NCBI GenBank assembly: GCA_017610175.1
Contig: JAFCCO010000002.1
Coordinates: forward strand, 43,319 to 107,318
Direction: 5' to 3'
Length of the DNA stretch: 64,000 nucleotides
Source of the DNA: Candidatus Iainarchaeum sp.
Lineage (GTDB): Archaea; Iainarchaeota; Iainarchaeia; Iainarchaeales; GCA-2688035
The notes below the pieces were generated by a model. The model was not told where the DNA came from. It ran no database searches and saw only the letters and a list, made by a program, of their open reading frames with translations. Positions 19,466 through 29,445 of the stretch are shown here, piece by piece. The translations under genes and the position numbers were made by a program. Positions within the stretch are counted from its first letter, which is position 1. Every line of letters starts with the position of its first letter.

Positions 19466-19993
19466 TTATACTGCGCGCAAATCTATTACCCTGTCAACAA
19501 ACATGCTTGCTTCCTGGATTAGTGCGTCCTGTTCCTTTATGCTCAGCGCGTAAAACAGTGCCTTTGTTTTGGTTGTTTTTATTTTTGTGGTAGTGTTTGA
19601 CAGGAACTTTGCAACAGGTGCCTTTTCCTGGTAAATTATCAGGTTTGTCAGAGAGTCAAAAATAAGGTAGTCGACTCCTTTGGCAAGCATTTCAGAAATT
19701 GCTATTGCAATTTTTGTAAGCGCCGCAGGGGACGAAACATATATGCATTGAGGGCTATCCTCAACCTGCCTAATTGTTTTTGAGATTGCATCCACAAACA
19801 GGAAGTTTGTTATGTTAATCTTCAGCTTTTCAAATTCTTCCTTTATTGCGGGGAAGGTTTTGTTAAGTGAAATGTAGGCAACCTTCTTTCCACTGAGTTG
19901 TTTTGCGATATTTTCTGTCAGCGGGTTGTACTGGGTTCCCGGAACAAGAAGTAAAATTGTTTGGTCTTCGGCAAGTGCGGTAACTACATTCAT
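19466..19993 (-). CDS. Hypothetical RecA/KaiC-like protein lacking a Walker A motif (DUF835-like)
   Basis: About 175 aa, an alternating alpha/beta pattern, no P-loop; immediately upstream of, and co-oriented with, the receiver-domain gene. Confidence 0.4.
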   Translation of the reverse strand: MNVVTALAEDQTILLLVPGTQYNPLTENIAKQLSGKKVAYISLNKTFPAIKEEFEKLKINITNFLFVDAISKTIRQVEDSPQCIYVSSPAALTKIAIAISEMLAKGVDYLIFDSLTNLIIYQEKAPVAKFLSNTTTKIKTTKTKALFYALSIKEQDALIQEASMFVDRVIDLRAV

Positions 19994-19995
19994 CT

Positions 19996-20355
19996 TTATG
20001 CCCCCGTTAGTTTCTTCACACGTTTCAAAAGGTCTTTAAGGTCAAATGGCTTTTGAATGAAGTCCACAATGTTTCCCTTTATCAGGTCCTCTTTTTCAGC
20101 TTCCCCAACCCTTACAACCGTGAGGTATGCTATTTTGATTCCCTTTATTTCGGAGACTATTTCCCTTGTCGGCCTGCCGGGCATCATTATGTCCATCAAA
20201 ATCAGGTCCGGTTTTTCGGTTTCAAGCTTGTTCAGGCAGTCTTCCCCGCTTACTGCCGTAAGAACTTTGTAACCCTCTTTCTCAAGAATGGTTTTCACTG
20301 TGTCCCTAATGTCTGATTCGTCGTCAACAACCATTACAGTTTTCATTTTCAACAC
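19996..20355 (-). CDS. Response regulator receiver domain protein (CheY-like, single domain)
   Basis: VMVVDDE...D(L)ILMD...KP; the start is probably MKTVMVV at 20346. Confidence 0.85.
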   Translation of the reverse strand: MLKMKTVMVVDDESDIRDTVKTILEKEGYKVLTAVSGEDCLNKLETEKPDLILMDIMMPGRPTREIVSEIKGIKIAYLTVVRVGEAEKEDLIKGNIVDFIQKPFDLKDLLKRVKKLTGA

Positions 20356-20451
20356 TCTCCGGTATTTGCTCTTTTTTTCTGGAAATATAAGCCCTTAATT
20401 TATATTAATACTTATCGTTTGATAGCTTACATGTATTTATGCAATTAGGGC

Positions 20452-21852
20452 CTATTTTTGTTGCAAATGCCATTTTGTGCCGTTTGGGGTGTCATCAATT
20501 AGCACGCCCTGCGCCGCAAGCTCATCCCTGATTTTGTCGGACTCTTCCCACTTCTTTTCCGCGCGCAGTTCTTCCCTTTTCTTAATCAGGCCAAGCAGTT
20601 CCTTGGAAAGTTCAGACTTTTCCTGCTCAAACTTAAACGCCTGCAGGAACTTATTCACCTGCTTGAGGAAATCGAGTGCGTGCTCCCCATTCTCCTTTCC
20701 AAACGTTTCTTCGCCCATGCTTTTGTTGAGTTCTGTCTGCATTTTTTGCAGTGCAGCCCATGCATTCGGAAGCATGAAGTCGTCGTCAAGTGCGGCGTTC
20801 ACTTCTTCCCTTGTTTTTTCAACAACTGCGTCGGCTTCCTTGCTTTCATCCCCATCTTTCCAGCCCAAAAGCCTTTCAATAAACAAATCCCATTTTTTTA
20901 GCGTATTTTTTGCCTTCTCCATTGCTTTCTCTGTGAAATCTATTCTGCTTCTGTAGTGCAGCCCAGCCACAAAGAACCTGAATGTGCGTGCGTCATACTT
21001 TTTAAGAAGGTCAGGGATTTGGATGAAGTTTCCAAGGCTCTTTGACATTTTCTGCCCGTCAACGTTGAGGAAGCCTGAGTGAATCCAGTACTTTACAAAC
21101 GGTTCCTTTCCGCTTCTTGCCTCACTTTGTGCAATCTCATTTTCGTGGTGCGGGAAAATTAAATCCACTGCCCCGCCGTGAATGTCAATCTGCTCCCCAA
21201 GGTGCTTGCTGCTCATAACGCTGCATTCAATGTGCCAGCCAGGCCTTCCCTTTCCCCAGGGTGAGTCCCACGCGGGTTCGTTTTCCTGCTTTTGCTTTTT
21301 CCACAGCGCAAAGTCCTTTGCGTTCTCCTTGTCGTACTTGTCTGTTTCAACCCTTGTTCCGGTCTTTTGCTCTTTTGCCTTTATGCCGCTTAATTTTCCG
21401 TACCCTGGAAACTTGCTTATGTCAAAGTACACGCCGTCATCCGTTTCGTAGGCAAAGCCTTTGTCCTGAAGTTCTTTCACAAAGTCAATTATCGCCCCAA
21501 TGTGTTCTGTTACCCTTGGGTAAACGTCTGCCTTTTTGATTCCAAGCGAATCCATGTCCTTGAAGAAGAGCGCGATATTTTTGTCGGCAAGCTCGAAAAT
21601 GGTTATTCCCTGTTCGTTTGCCTTCTTTATCATGTCGTCGTGGATGTCTGTCAGGTTCACAACAAATTTCACGTTAAATCCGCGGCTCTCTAAATAGCGC
21701 CTTATAATATCGAATGCAACATAGGTTCTTGCGTGCCCTATGTGTCCCGGCCCGTAGACGGTTGGGCCGCATACATACATTGAGAGGTTTTTTCCGTGAA
21801 GCGGTTTAAGTTCCTGTTTCTCCCTTCCCAGTGTATTGTATACTTTTACCAT
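20452..21852 (-). CDS. cysS: Cysteinyl-tRNA synthetase
   Basis: HIGHARTY and KMSKSLGN motifs; class I core. Confidence 0.95.
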   Translation of the reverse strand: MVKVYNTLGREKQELKPLHGKNLSMYVCGPTVYGPGHIGHARTYVAFDIIRRYLESRGFNVKFVVNLTDIHDDMIKKANEQGITIFELADKNIALFFKDMDSLGIKKADVYPRVTEHIGAIIDFVKELQDKGFAYETDDGVYFDISKFPGYGKLSGIKAKEQKTGTRVETDKYDKENAKDFALWKKQKQENEPAWDSPWGKGRPGWHIECSVMSSKHLGEQIDIHGGAVDLIFPHHENEIAQSEARSGKEPFVKYWIHSGFLNVDGQKMSKSLGNFIQIPDLLKKYDARTFRFFVAGLHYRSRIDFTEKAMEKAKNTLKKWDLFIERLLGWKDGDESKEADAVVEKTREEVNAALDDDFMLPNAWAALQKMQTELNKSMGEETFGKENGEHALDFLKQVNKFLQAFKFEQEKSELSKELLGLIKKREELRAEKKWEESDKIRDELAAQGVLIDDTPNGTKWHLQQK

Positions 21853-21910
21853 TGCCTGTCACTTCAAATAACTTGGAAAAAACTAAATAAAATGCTTTGC
21901 TTGGCGGCAA

Positions 21911-23278
21911 CTAAAGCCCTAGCTCTTTTTTCCACTTGCTGCAAAGCATTTCAACTTTTATTTCCGCGAGGCCTGTGTATTTTGTCGGGTCGGCAATTAT
22001 TGTCATTTGTTCCTTTGAGAATTTTTCAAGATATGGCTTTAATTCAGTCTCTTCGCCGGCAATCTCCATCAGCGGCTTTCCTTCTTTGTCCGCTTTCAAA
22101 GTGAGCTGTTTCACGGTTTCGTGTGCGTCAGGGTGCTTGTGGAATGCGAGAAGAATGTAAAGCGGCTCTGCAACAATGCTTGCCCCGCTTTTGTCAAAGT
22201 TTCTCTTCATGCTTTCCCTGTCAACAACCAGCTTTTTGCACACGCGGTTTAGCCTGTTCGCGCTTGAAACAAGTGCTGCCAAAATCTCAGGAATAAACCT
22301 TTGCGACGCGCTGTTAGTCAAATCCCTTTGGTGCTCGCTTATCTGGTCAAGGTAAATTGTTGTCATCCTTGGCATAAATTCTTTGTAGAATGATTTTACG
22401 TTCTCAAAGTTTATTGGGTTTCTTTTGTGCGGCATTGTGCTGCTTCCAACCTGGTCAGATGCAAAGGCTTCTCCCACCTCTGCAATTTCGCTTCTCTGCA
22501 GGTTCCTCATGTCGTCCGCAAAGTTTGCAAGTATTCCGAATGCTGAAATGTTTGCGTGAACCAAATCCACAAGCGGCTCTGCCTCCACAATTTGTGTGCT
22601 GCTTGCGCTTGCTTTGAGCCCAAGGCCTTTCATTATCCTTTCCTCAAACTTAAGCGGGTCCTTCACAAGAAGAGCGCTTGCGTTGTATGCGCCAATTGCT
22701 CCCGAGAACTTTCCCACAAGTTTGTCTTTTGCGCCCTCAATCTCCTTTATGCGTGAGCCAAGGCGACTTACATACCCTGCAATCGCAAACCCGAATGTTA
22801 TGGGCTCTGCGTGCTGTCCGTGTGTTCTTCCAATCTGGATTGTTCCCTTTTCCCTTTGGGCTATCTCAATGAATGTTTTTTCCAGTTCCAGGAGAGCGGG
22901 CAGAACAAGTTTTTCAACCGCGTCCTTGTATCTTAGTGCGTTTGCGGTGTCAACAATGTCATAGCTTGTGCTTGAAAGGTGGACGTATGGCTTTGCCTCG
23001 TCGCTCACCCTTTCCCTTATTTTGTTCACAAGCGCCCTTATGTCATGCCTTGTCTTGTTCTCTTCCTCATACACTTCAGCCGCTTCAACCTGCTTGCTGG
23101 CATTATCAATTTCCTTTGCAATTTTGGCTGAGCAAATTCCCTCAGCAGCAAGCGCCTTTGCAAGCTCTGCCTCAACTCTTGCCTGGTACTTTATTCTTGC
23201 CTTTTCGCTGAGGTATTCCGAAATCTTTTTGCTTCCATATCTGTAGTCAAGCGGTGAGATGCTGTCAAATTTGTCCAT
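21911..23278 (-). CDS. purB: Adenylosuccinate lyase
   Basis: N-terminus SPLDYRYGS; fumarase/ASL-family signature GSSTMPHKRNP. Confidence 0.95.
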   Translation of the reverse strand: MDKFDSISPLDYRYGSKKISEYLSEKARIKYQARVEAELAKALAAEGICSAKIAKEIDNASKQVEAAEVYEEENKTRHDIRALVNKIRERVSDEAKPYVHLSSTSYDIVDTANALRYKDAVEKLVLPALLELEKTFIEIAQREKGTIQIGRTHGQHAEPITFGFAIAGYVSRLGSRIKEIEGAKDKLVGKFSGAIGAYNASALLVKDPLKFEERIMKGLGLKASASSTQIVEAEPLVDLVHANISAFGILANFADDMRNLQRSEIAEVGEAFASDQVGSSTMPHKRNPINFENVKSFYKEFMPRMTTIYLDQISEHQRDLTNSASQRFIPEILAALVSSANRLNRVCKKLVVDRESMKRNFDKSGASIVAEPLYILLAFHKHPDAHETVKQLTLKADKEGKPLMEIAGEETELKPYLEKFSKEQMTIIADPTKYTGLAEIKVEMLCSKWKKELGL

Positions 23279-23283
23279 TCAAT

Positions 23284-24249
23284 TCACTCCGTTTTCTCAA
23301 GGAAGGTTTTGTACTCCTGCACAACTTCCTCTAGGCCCGGAACATTCCAGTGCTTTTCGCCTGTCCACGCCTCGCAAATGCTTTTGTACATGTTTCCAAC
23401 AAGCTCTATTAATTCTGCCGGAAGCGGGCTTGGGGACGTAAATTCACCGTGCCCCTTTCCTTCCCCTTTCTCTTTTTCAATCACTTCATACCAGGGGGTT
23501 GTTTTGTAGTAATCCCTTAGAACCTGCTTGCTCAGGTGCATTCCGTTGAACAAAAATCTGTTTTCGTCAAGCGTTCCGCAAACATCAACAAGCACAAGCT
23601 CTTTTGCCGGGTTGTATCCAAACTCTACCTTTCCGTCTGCGTGCTCCAATCCAAGCGATTCCGCTTTCTTTGTGAGGAAATCGTTTATTGCAAGCGCCTT
23701 TTCTTTGAGCTCGTCAATCTTTTCCTGCGAGAGTGCTGAAATTTCCTTTGCTTCCTCCCATGTAAGGTAACGGTCTGTTGGCTCAAGCTTTGTGCTTACA
23801 TCCATTATTGGCTTTTCAAGCTTTTCACCCGGAACCGGCATTTTGTCCAGCCCAAGCTGTTCAATTGTTGTCTGCCCCTTGTCAAGTCTCTTGAATACGC
23901 TGCTTCCGTCTGGAAGCGAGTTCCTGAAAATAACTTCCAGCGGAACAAGGTAGTTTGACATTCCTTCCTTTAACTCTCCTTTCTGCGGGAAAAGCACGCG
24001 AACCAAATCTACCTCCATCTCGTTTCCTGAAACAAGTTTTCTGAAGTGTGATTTTATTCCAAGCTTTGCAAGTTCCTCAAAATTGTATGCGGCCATTCTG
24101 CATAGCGCTTCTCCCTTGTGGGGGATTGTGTCCGGCATTTTTCCGTAATCAAAGACAGAGTAGTCGTCCGTAAACTTGAACACTCCAACCCCTGTCTCGC
24201 TTTCACTTGCCGCTTTTTCAACTGTCAGATCCTTTACACTTCCCATCAA
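23284..24249 (-). CDS. purC: SAICAR synthetase (long form)
   Basis: SAICAR synthetase motifs; 321 aa. Confidence 0.88.
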   Translation of the reverse strand: MMGSVKDLTVEKAASESETGVGVFKFTDDYSVFDYGKMPDTIPHKGEALCRMAAYNFEELAKLGIKSHFRKLVSGNEMEVDLVRVLFPQKGELKEGMSNYLVPLEVIFRNSLPDGSSVFKRLDKGQTTIEQLGLDKMPVPGEKLEKPIMDVSTKLEPTDRYLTWEEAKEISALSQEKIDELKEKALAINDFLTKKAESLGLEHADGKVEFGYNPAKELVLVDVCGTLDENRFLFNGMHLSKQVLRDYYKTTPWYEVIEKEKGEGKGHGEFTSPSPLPAELIELVGNMYKSICEAWTGEKHWNVPGLEEVVQEYKTFLEKTE

Positions 24250-24255
24250 ACCACC

Positions 24256-25071
24256 TCATTTTTCCTGTTCGGCCTTATCGGTCGCAATAACTTTTTCTTT
24301 CTGGCTTTCCCTAAAGCTCTTTAGTGCCTTAGTGTACTTGCCGTTTCCGATATTAAGCAATTGGGCTGCTGCAATGCATGCATTTTCAACGCGGTTCAAT
24401 CCAACCCACGCACCTTTTGCGGTGTCCTTCTCAAGCAGGGCAACATCTTTTGCACTTGAACCCTCTTTCATGGGCACATTTATTGCAAGCGCATTCTCCC
24501 TTTCCTCAAGCTCTTCTCCAAGCGGATGCAGGTTAATCAGTATATCTTTGGCAGGGTCAAATCCCAGGCCAAGGTCCTCAACTATTTCAAATTCGGCTCC
24601 AAGTTCCTCGAGAACGCCAACCCCTTTGTGGAGCCTTTTTGTTGTCTTCTCTTCTTCCCCGAATTTGTTTAGCACAACTATTTTGCTTCTTTTTTCAAAT
24701 GCAAGCCCTGCGGTTTCAGCAGCCTGTTCGGCATTGTTGACTCCAACAGCCAGAACCGGCATTCCGCCCGGCATTTGGTGCACTGAAAGCAATGCGTCTG
24801 TTCCCCCGTAGTTTCCTGTAACTGGCACTCCAATCACAAGTTTGAGGGTTTCCGAGGCTGTTACTCCTGGCAGTGCGGCGCTTAGTCCTGCTCCTGCAAT
24901 AATTAGGTCTGCATCTGTTTTCCCTAAAATGTCCTTTAACATTTCAGGGGTCCTGTGCGCGGAGCAAATCCGCATCTCAAAACCAATTCCCCTTGCTTTC
25001 AAACCTTTCAGGATTGCGCTGTAAACTTCTGAATCTGATGCGCTTCCAAAAACAACTAGTGCTTTACCCAT
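24256..25071 (-). CDS. purE: N5-CAIR mutase (PurE domain) with a C-terminal extension of about 115 aa
   Basis: PurE core (GSASD...SAHRTPE...AGAGLSAALPG...GGMPVLAVGVNN) in residues 1-155; the following 115 aa match no PurE sequence. Confidence 0.8.
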   Translation of the reverse strand: MGKALVVFGSASDSEVYSAILKGLKARGIGFEMRICSAHRTPEMLKDILGKTDADLIIAGAGLSAALPGVTASETLKLVIGVPVTGNYGGTDALLSVHQMPGGMPVLAVGVNNAEQAAETAGLAFEKRSKIVVLNKFGEEEKTTKRLHKGVGVLEELGAEFEIVEDLGLGFDPAKDILINLHPLGEELEERENALAINVPMKEGSSAKDVALLEKDTAKGAWVGLNRVENACIAAAQLLNIGNGKYTKALKSFRESQKEKVIATDKAEQEK

Positions 25072-25114
25072 TCAAATCCCCCATAATGCTAGCGTTATAA
25101 CTCATTTAAAACTA

Positions 25115-26320
25115 TTGCTTAGGAATGAATTTCGTATGGCTTCTAAAAAAGCCCTTTCTTATTTGGGGGGGCTTGAAAAACAGGGAATTATCCTTGGATT
25201 GGAGCGAGTGCGTGAATTTCTCGCGATTTTGGGAAATCCTGAAAAGAAATTCAAGTCAGTGCACATTGCGGGAACAAACGGGAAGGGGTCAACGGCTGCA
25301 ATGCTTTCATCAGTTCTCCAAAAAGCCGGATTCAAAACCGGGCTCTACACTTCACCGCACCTTGTTGAATTCAACGAACGCATTCAAATCAACGGCGAAA
25401 AAATTTCAGATTCCGAACTTGATGCGCTTGCCCTGCGCCTGCGCAGGCTGAAAGAGGAGTCCAAAATCCAGCTCACCTACTTTGAGTTCACAACAGCTCT
25501 TGCGTTCGAATACTTTGCGTCCAAGGAAGTGGACTTTGCGGTTATTGAAACCGGAATGGGGGGTCGCTTGGACGCGACAAACGTACTTTTGCCGGAGGTT
25601 ACCGCAATCACAAATATCGCGGTTGAGCACTCCGAATACCTTGGGGATTCAATTGAGAAGATTGCGGCAGAGAAGGCTGGAATAATCAAGCAGGGCGTTT
25701 CATTTGTTACCACCGAACAGAATCCTGTTGTTATCGGGCTGTTCAAAAAAGTCTGCTCCGAAAAGCAAAGCAAATTTGTGCACATATCCAAACAGTTTGC
25801 CGGACCGGTTCCGTTTCCCGGCAAGCACCAAAGAATGAATGCCGCGCTTGCATTTGAAACCGCTGCGCAGCTTGGAATTGGCGGGCAAATAATTGCGAAC
25901 GGGATTTCTTCTGCCAAATGGCCTGCCCGCTTTGAAACAGTGCATGAAAACCCAAGGGTGGTTCTTGACGTTGCGCACAACCCTGCCGGCGCGCGCGCCC
26001 TTGCGGAAACAATTAAGTCCGAATTAAAGGCTGAAAAAGTGTTTCTTGTCCTCGGTGTTGCGGACGGAAAGGACATTGATGGAATCTCCTCCGCCCTTGC
26101 CCTGCTTGCCTCAAAGGTTTTTGTTGCGTCCCCAAAATTTCGCGGAATGCCCGCCGAACAGGCTTTGGATTCGGTTAAAAAATTCAATTCAAACGCGGTT
26201 GCCTTCAAATCGGTTGCCTTTGCAATTGAAAAGGCAATTGAAGAGGCCGGAAGAGAAAGTGTGGTGGTTGTGTGCGGAAGCCACTTTACTGTTGGGGAAG
26301 CTGTTTTAAATCTGCGGTAA
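25115..26320 (+). CDS. folC: Folylpolyglutamate synthase / dihydrofolate synthase (Mur ligase family)
   Basis: HIAGTNGKGST P-loop and Mur-ligase middle and C-terminal domains; the start may be 25136. Confidence 0.85.
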   Translation: MLRNEFRMASKKALSYLGGLEKQGIILGLERVREFLAILGNPEKKFKSVHIAGTNGKGSTAAMLSSVLQKAGFKTGLYTSPHLVEFNERIQINGEKISDSELDALALRLRRLKEESKIQLTYFEFTTALAFEYFASKEVDFAVIETGMGGRLDATNVLLPEVTAITNIAVEHSEYLGDSIEKIAAEKAGIIKQGVSFVTTEQNPVVIGLFKKVCSEKQSKFVHISKQFAGPVPFPGKHQRMNAALAFETAAQLGIGGQIIANGISSAKWPARFETVHENPRVVLDVAHNPAGARALAETIKSELKAEKVFLVLGVADGKDIDGISSALALLASKVFVASPKFRGMPAEQALDSVKKFNSNAVAFKSVAFAIEKAIEEAGRESVVVVCGSHFTVGEAVLNLR

Positions 26321-26375
26321 AAAAGGAAGTAGTTACCCACTTGCGAGTATCATAACGTTTTTAAGTAATTAGGTT

Positions 26376-26918
26376 GTGTTTTTTGTTATGCACAAGTACA
26401 GATTGATTGCTGGAAGCGCAATGCTTGCCGCGGCAAGCGTATTGCTCCAAATATTCAAGATTGCAATACCCTGGGGTGTGATGGACATTGACCTTGTGGG
26501 GGTTTCATGGCTTATTGCAACGTTCCTTTTCGGGCTTACAGGAGGGCTTTTAACATCCCTTGTTGCCGCAATCGGAATAGCAATTTTTGCCCCAAGCGGT
26601 TTTGTGGGTGCGCTAATGAAGTTCCTTGCAACAGGCATCATGGTGCTCATTGTGGGTGTTGTCGGCAAAACAGTTGGTTTTAACAGAAAGGGAACAGTTG
26701 TTGCATTTGCTGCCTGCTTGGTTGCAAGGCCTGTGCTTATGACTTTGTTCAATTACTATCTTGGAATACCGCTTTTCTTTGGAATGCCAACTGAACTTGC
26801 AATTGCGGAATTCCCGCCTGAACTCTTCTTGATTCCCAACGCAATACTTGCGGCCATTGACTTCTGGGTGGCTTATGCATTAGTTTTTGGCACCAATCTT
26901 AAGGCCCGAATTGAATGA
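26376..26918 (+). CDS. ECF transporter substrate-specific (S) component
   Basis: 180 aa, about 6 TM helices, immediately upstream of the ECF A and T components; substrate possibly folate given folC synteny (inference). Confidence 0.55.
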   Translation: MFFVMHKYRLIAGSAMLAAASVLLQIFKIAIPWGVMDIDLVGVSWLIATFLFGLTGGLLTSLVAAIGIAIFAPSGFVGALMKFLATGIMVLIVGVVGKTVGFNRKGTVVAFAACLVARPVLMTLFNYYLGIPLFFGMPTELAIAEFPPELFLIPNAILAAIDFWVAYALVFGTNLKARIE

Positions 26919-28075
26919 TTCTTGCAAAAAAACTTTCCGTTGCTTTTGGAAATGAATCTGTTTTCAAAAACCTTGAATTCATTGTTTCAGATAAAGAGCA
27001 AGCCGCGGTAATCGGCGCAAACGGTTCCGGAAAAACAACGCTTGCACTAATTCTTGCGGGCGTAATCCCTGATTTCAAGTCGGCAACAGTTCGCGGTTCA
27101 TTTGTTTGCAGAAAACCCGCTCTAATTATGCAGAATCCAAGCGGGCAGTTTTTTGCAATGACTGTTCGCGAGGAGCTTGGAGAACGGGGAATTAAGCTTG
27201 CAAAAAAGTTCGGTGCAGAAAAACTCCTTGACCGCACGGTCTTTGACTTAAGCGAGGGGGAAAAGCAGAAAATAAATCTCATTGCAAACTTTTCTTTTGG
27301 GAGGCCTCTTCTGCTCGACGAGCCAACAGAACTTCTTGACCCGTTTGAGGAGAACCGCTTTCGCAAAATGATTGAGGGAATTGGGGATCGCACAGTGGTC
27401 TGGTTTGACAAGGGGGAAGAGCACGTTCCCGCATTCCGCAAGATATTTATTGGTGGGCAGGAAAAAGCAAAGCTTCCTGCAAAGAAAAACAATGTGAAAA
27501 CCGAATCGGTTCTTGACGCAGACTTTTTGATTTGCAGAAACGGCTTTTGCATAAAAAACGTTTCCCTAAACATTAAAGAGGGCGAAAAGATTGCGTTGAT
27601 TGGTTTAAACGGTTCGGGCAAAACGACAATTCTCCGCGCCCTTGCGGGCGAGGGAACGCACTCCGGCAGACTTGAACTCAAGCGGGGCATTAGCTTTGTT
27701 CCGCAGAATCCAACCCACCTGTTTTTCAGGGAAACCGCCGAGGCAGAGCTTGTGAATGTTAAAAATGCGCACTCCCTTGGAATTGGTGGCTTGCTGCGCA
27801 AGAGCCCTGTTGATTTGAGCAAAGGTCAGCAGAAGCTGCTTAGCGTTGCAACAATTGAGCTAAACACAATTGCTTTAATGGATGAGCCGACCACCTGGCT
27901 TGATGCCCAGAACCGCGCAAGCGTTTACAATTTTATCAACGAAAGCAGGCAGGCAATGGTTATTGCAACACACGACCGGGGACTGCTTGATTACTGCGAC
28001 CGGATTTTGATGGTTGAGAAAGGGGGGTTGAGTGAATGTTCCAGTACAGCGGCAAATCGCTTTTTTCGCAGGTAA
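26915..28075 (+). CDS. ECF transporter ATPase, fused tandem A-A' domains
   Basis: Two Walker A motifs (GANGSGKTT, GLNGSGKTT), two signature-like motifs (LSEGEKQK, LSKGQQK), two Walker B motifs (LLLDEPT, ALMDEPT). Confidence 0.85.
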   Translation: MILAKKLSVAFGNESVFKNLEFIVSDKEQAAVIGANGSGKTTLALILAGVIPDFKSATVRGSFVCRKPALIMQNPSGQFFAMTVREELGERGIKLAKKFGAEKLLDRTVFDLSEGEKQKINLIANFSFGRPLLLDEPTELLDPFEENRFRKMIEGIGDRTVVWFDKGEEHVPAFRKIFIGGQEKAKLPAKKNNVKTESVLDADFLICRNGFCIKNVSLNIKEGEKIALIGLNGSGKTTILRALAGEGTHSGRLELKRGISFVPQNPTHLFFRETAEAELVNVKNAHSLGIGGLLRKSPVDLSKGQQKLLSVATIELNTIALMDEPTTWLDAQNRASVYNFINESRQAMVIATHDRGLLDYCDRILMVEKGGLSECSSTAANRFFRR

Positions 28076-28632
28076 ATGAATCGCTTAAGGTTGCATTCTT
28101 TGCGGTTTCGTTTATTGCGGCATTTGTGTTCCAGAACCCGTTCCATCAGGCTGTGCTTCTCGCCTTCCTGATTGCGCTGCTTTTCATTGCACGCTACAGG
28201 GATTTTGCAAAACTCTTCGGAAGCCTTATCCCCTTCCTTCTCCTTGCAGATCTTAGTTTCTTTATCTTCCTAAGCGACACGTCCCTCAACCTTGTTCAGC
28301 TTACTCTGTCATCCAACCTCAGAATTTTCAGTCTCTTTGCGGCAACCGCCTTCTTCACTTTCTCAACCGACATCTTTGCGCTCGTTCGCCTGATGAAGCG
28401 CATTCATCTCCCTGAAACACTTTATCTCTCCATCTACATTCTTTTCAGGTTCCTCCCGGAGCTTGAGCGCGACCTTTACGAAATCAGGTCAATTCAGCGA
28501 ATTAAGGGAATTTCCCCCAAACAGCCGGTGCGCTATGTGAAATCGGTAATGATTCCCCTTCTCTTTACTGCATTACAGAAATCCGACGACATTGCTGTCG
28601 CATACTTCTTGAGGCAGCGAAGGGAGCAGTAA
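28036..28632 (+). CDS. ECF transporter transmembrane (T) component (CbiQ/EcfT family)
   Basis: CbiQ-like hydrophobic profile with a conserved C-terminal Arg-rich motif. Confidence 0.75.
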   Translation: MFQYSGKSLFSQVNESLKVAFFAVSFIAAFVFQNPFHQAVLLAFLIALLFIARYRDFAKLFGSLIPFLLLADLSFFIFLSDTSLNLVQLTLSSNLRIFSLFAATAFFTFSTDIFALVRLMKRIHLPETLYLSIYILFRFLPELERDLYEIRSIQRIKGISPKQPVRYVKSVMIPLLFTALQKSDDIAVAYFLRQRREQ

Positions 28633-28655
28633 GTCTTTTAATGATTTAACCTGAA

Positions 28656-29300
28656 GTGGTTGATATGGCAAAATTTTCGCTGGAGCAGAAGACAAATTTC
28701 CTTCTCGGGTTGTTTGTTGCCTGCTTGGTTACGGCAAACCTCATTGGTTTGAAGGTAGCGTCCTTCGGGCTTTTTGAAGCAAGTGTTGGAATACTTGTTT
28801 TTCCAGTCCTTTTCCTTGTAACGGACATAATTGAGGAAGTTCACGGTTCGGCAAAGGCAAGGCAGTTTGTTTTCATTGGGCTTGGAACCCTTGTATTCGT
28901 GCTGATTATAACCGCGATTGCGGTGCTGATTCCTGCGGCAAGCAGGAGCTTTGTTTCCGATGCGGAATATACGAAAATATTCGGAACAACGCTTAGAATC
29001 TTTGTTGCGTCAATCATAGGGTTCTTCTTCAGCCAGATGCACGACGTTTGGGCCTTCAATTTCTGGAAACAGAAGACAGGAGGAAAGTACCTTTGGTTGA
29101 GGAACAATGCGTCAACAGCGGTTTCCCAATTAATCGACACGGTTTTGTTCATGTTTCTTGCATTCTACGGCCTCTCGCCAAAGTTCACGGTGGGGTACCT
29201 GTTTGCGCTGATAATTCCGTTCTGGCTAATCAAAGTGGGATTTGCAATTTTTGACACTCCGTTCTGTTATCTTGGAGTAAAATGGCTTAAGTCCAAATAG
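28656..29300 (+). CDS. Queuosine-precursor (preQ0) transporter, YhhQ/Vut_1 family
   Basis: VFPVLFLVTDIIEEVHG and the C-terminal motifs typical of COG1738; the start is probably 28665. Confidence 0.7.
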   Translation: MVDMAKFSLEQKTNFLLGLFVACLVTANLIGLKVASFGLFEASVGILVFPVLFLVTDIIEEVHGSAKARQFVFIGLGTLVFVLIITAIAVLIPAASRSFVSDAEYTKIFGTTLRIFVASIIGFFFSQMHDVWAFNFWKQKTGGKYLWLRNNASTAVSQLIDTVLFMFLAFYGLSPKFTVGYLFALIIPFWLIKVGFAIFDTPFCYLGVKWLKSK

Positions 29301-29445
29301 GATTAGGTTCTCTTTGAGGACCTTTTCTTTTTTATTTTCTTTTTTTCCTTTTTTGCCTGACTAAAGTGCTTTTGCAATTCGTCAAATTTCGGAATCGGCA
29401 TTAGGCTTTTAAACAATTAACCGCTATTCATATTGTTTTTAATCT

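Noticed and set aside
29301-29445. A THF or glycine riboswitch upstream of glyA/folate genes, or upstream of gcvT (38914..38963).
   Set aside because: The intergenic regions are short and T-rich with no recognisable riboswitch core, and these riboswitch classes are bacterial.
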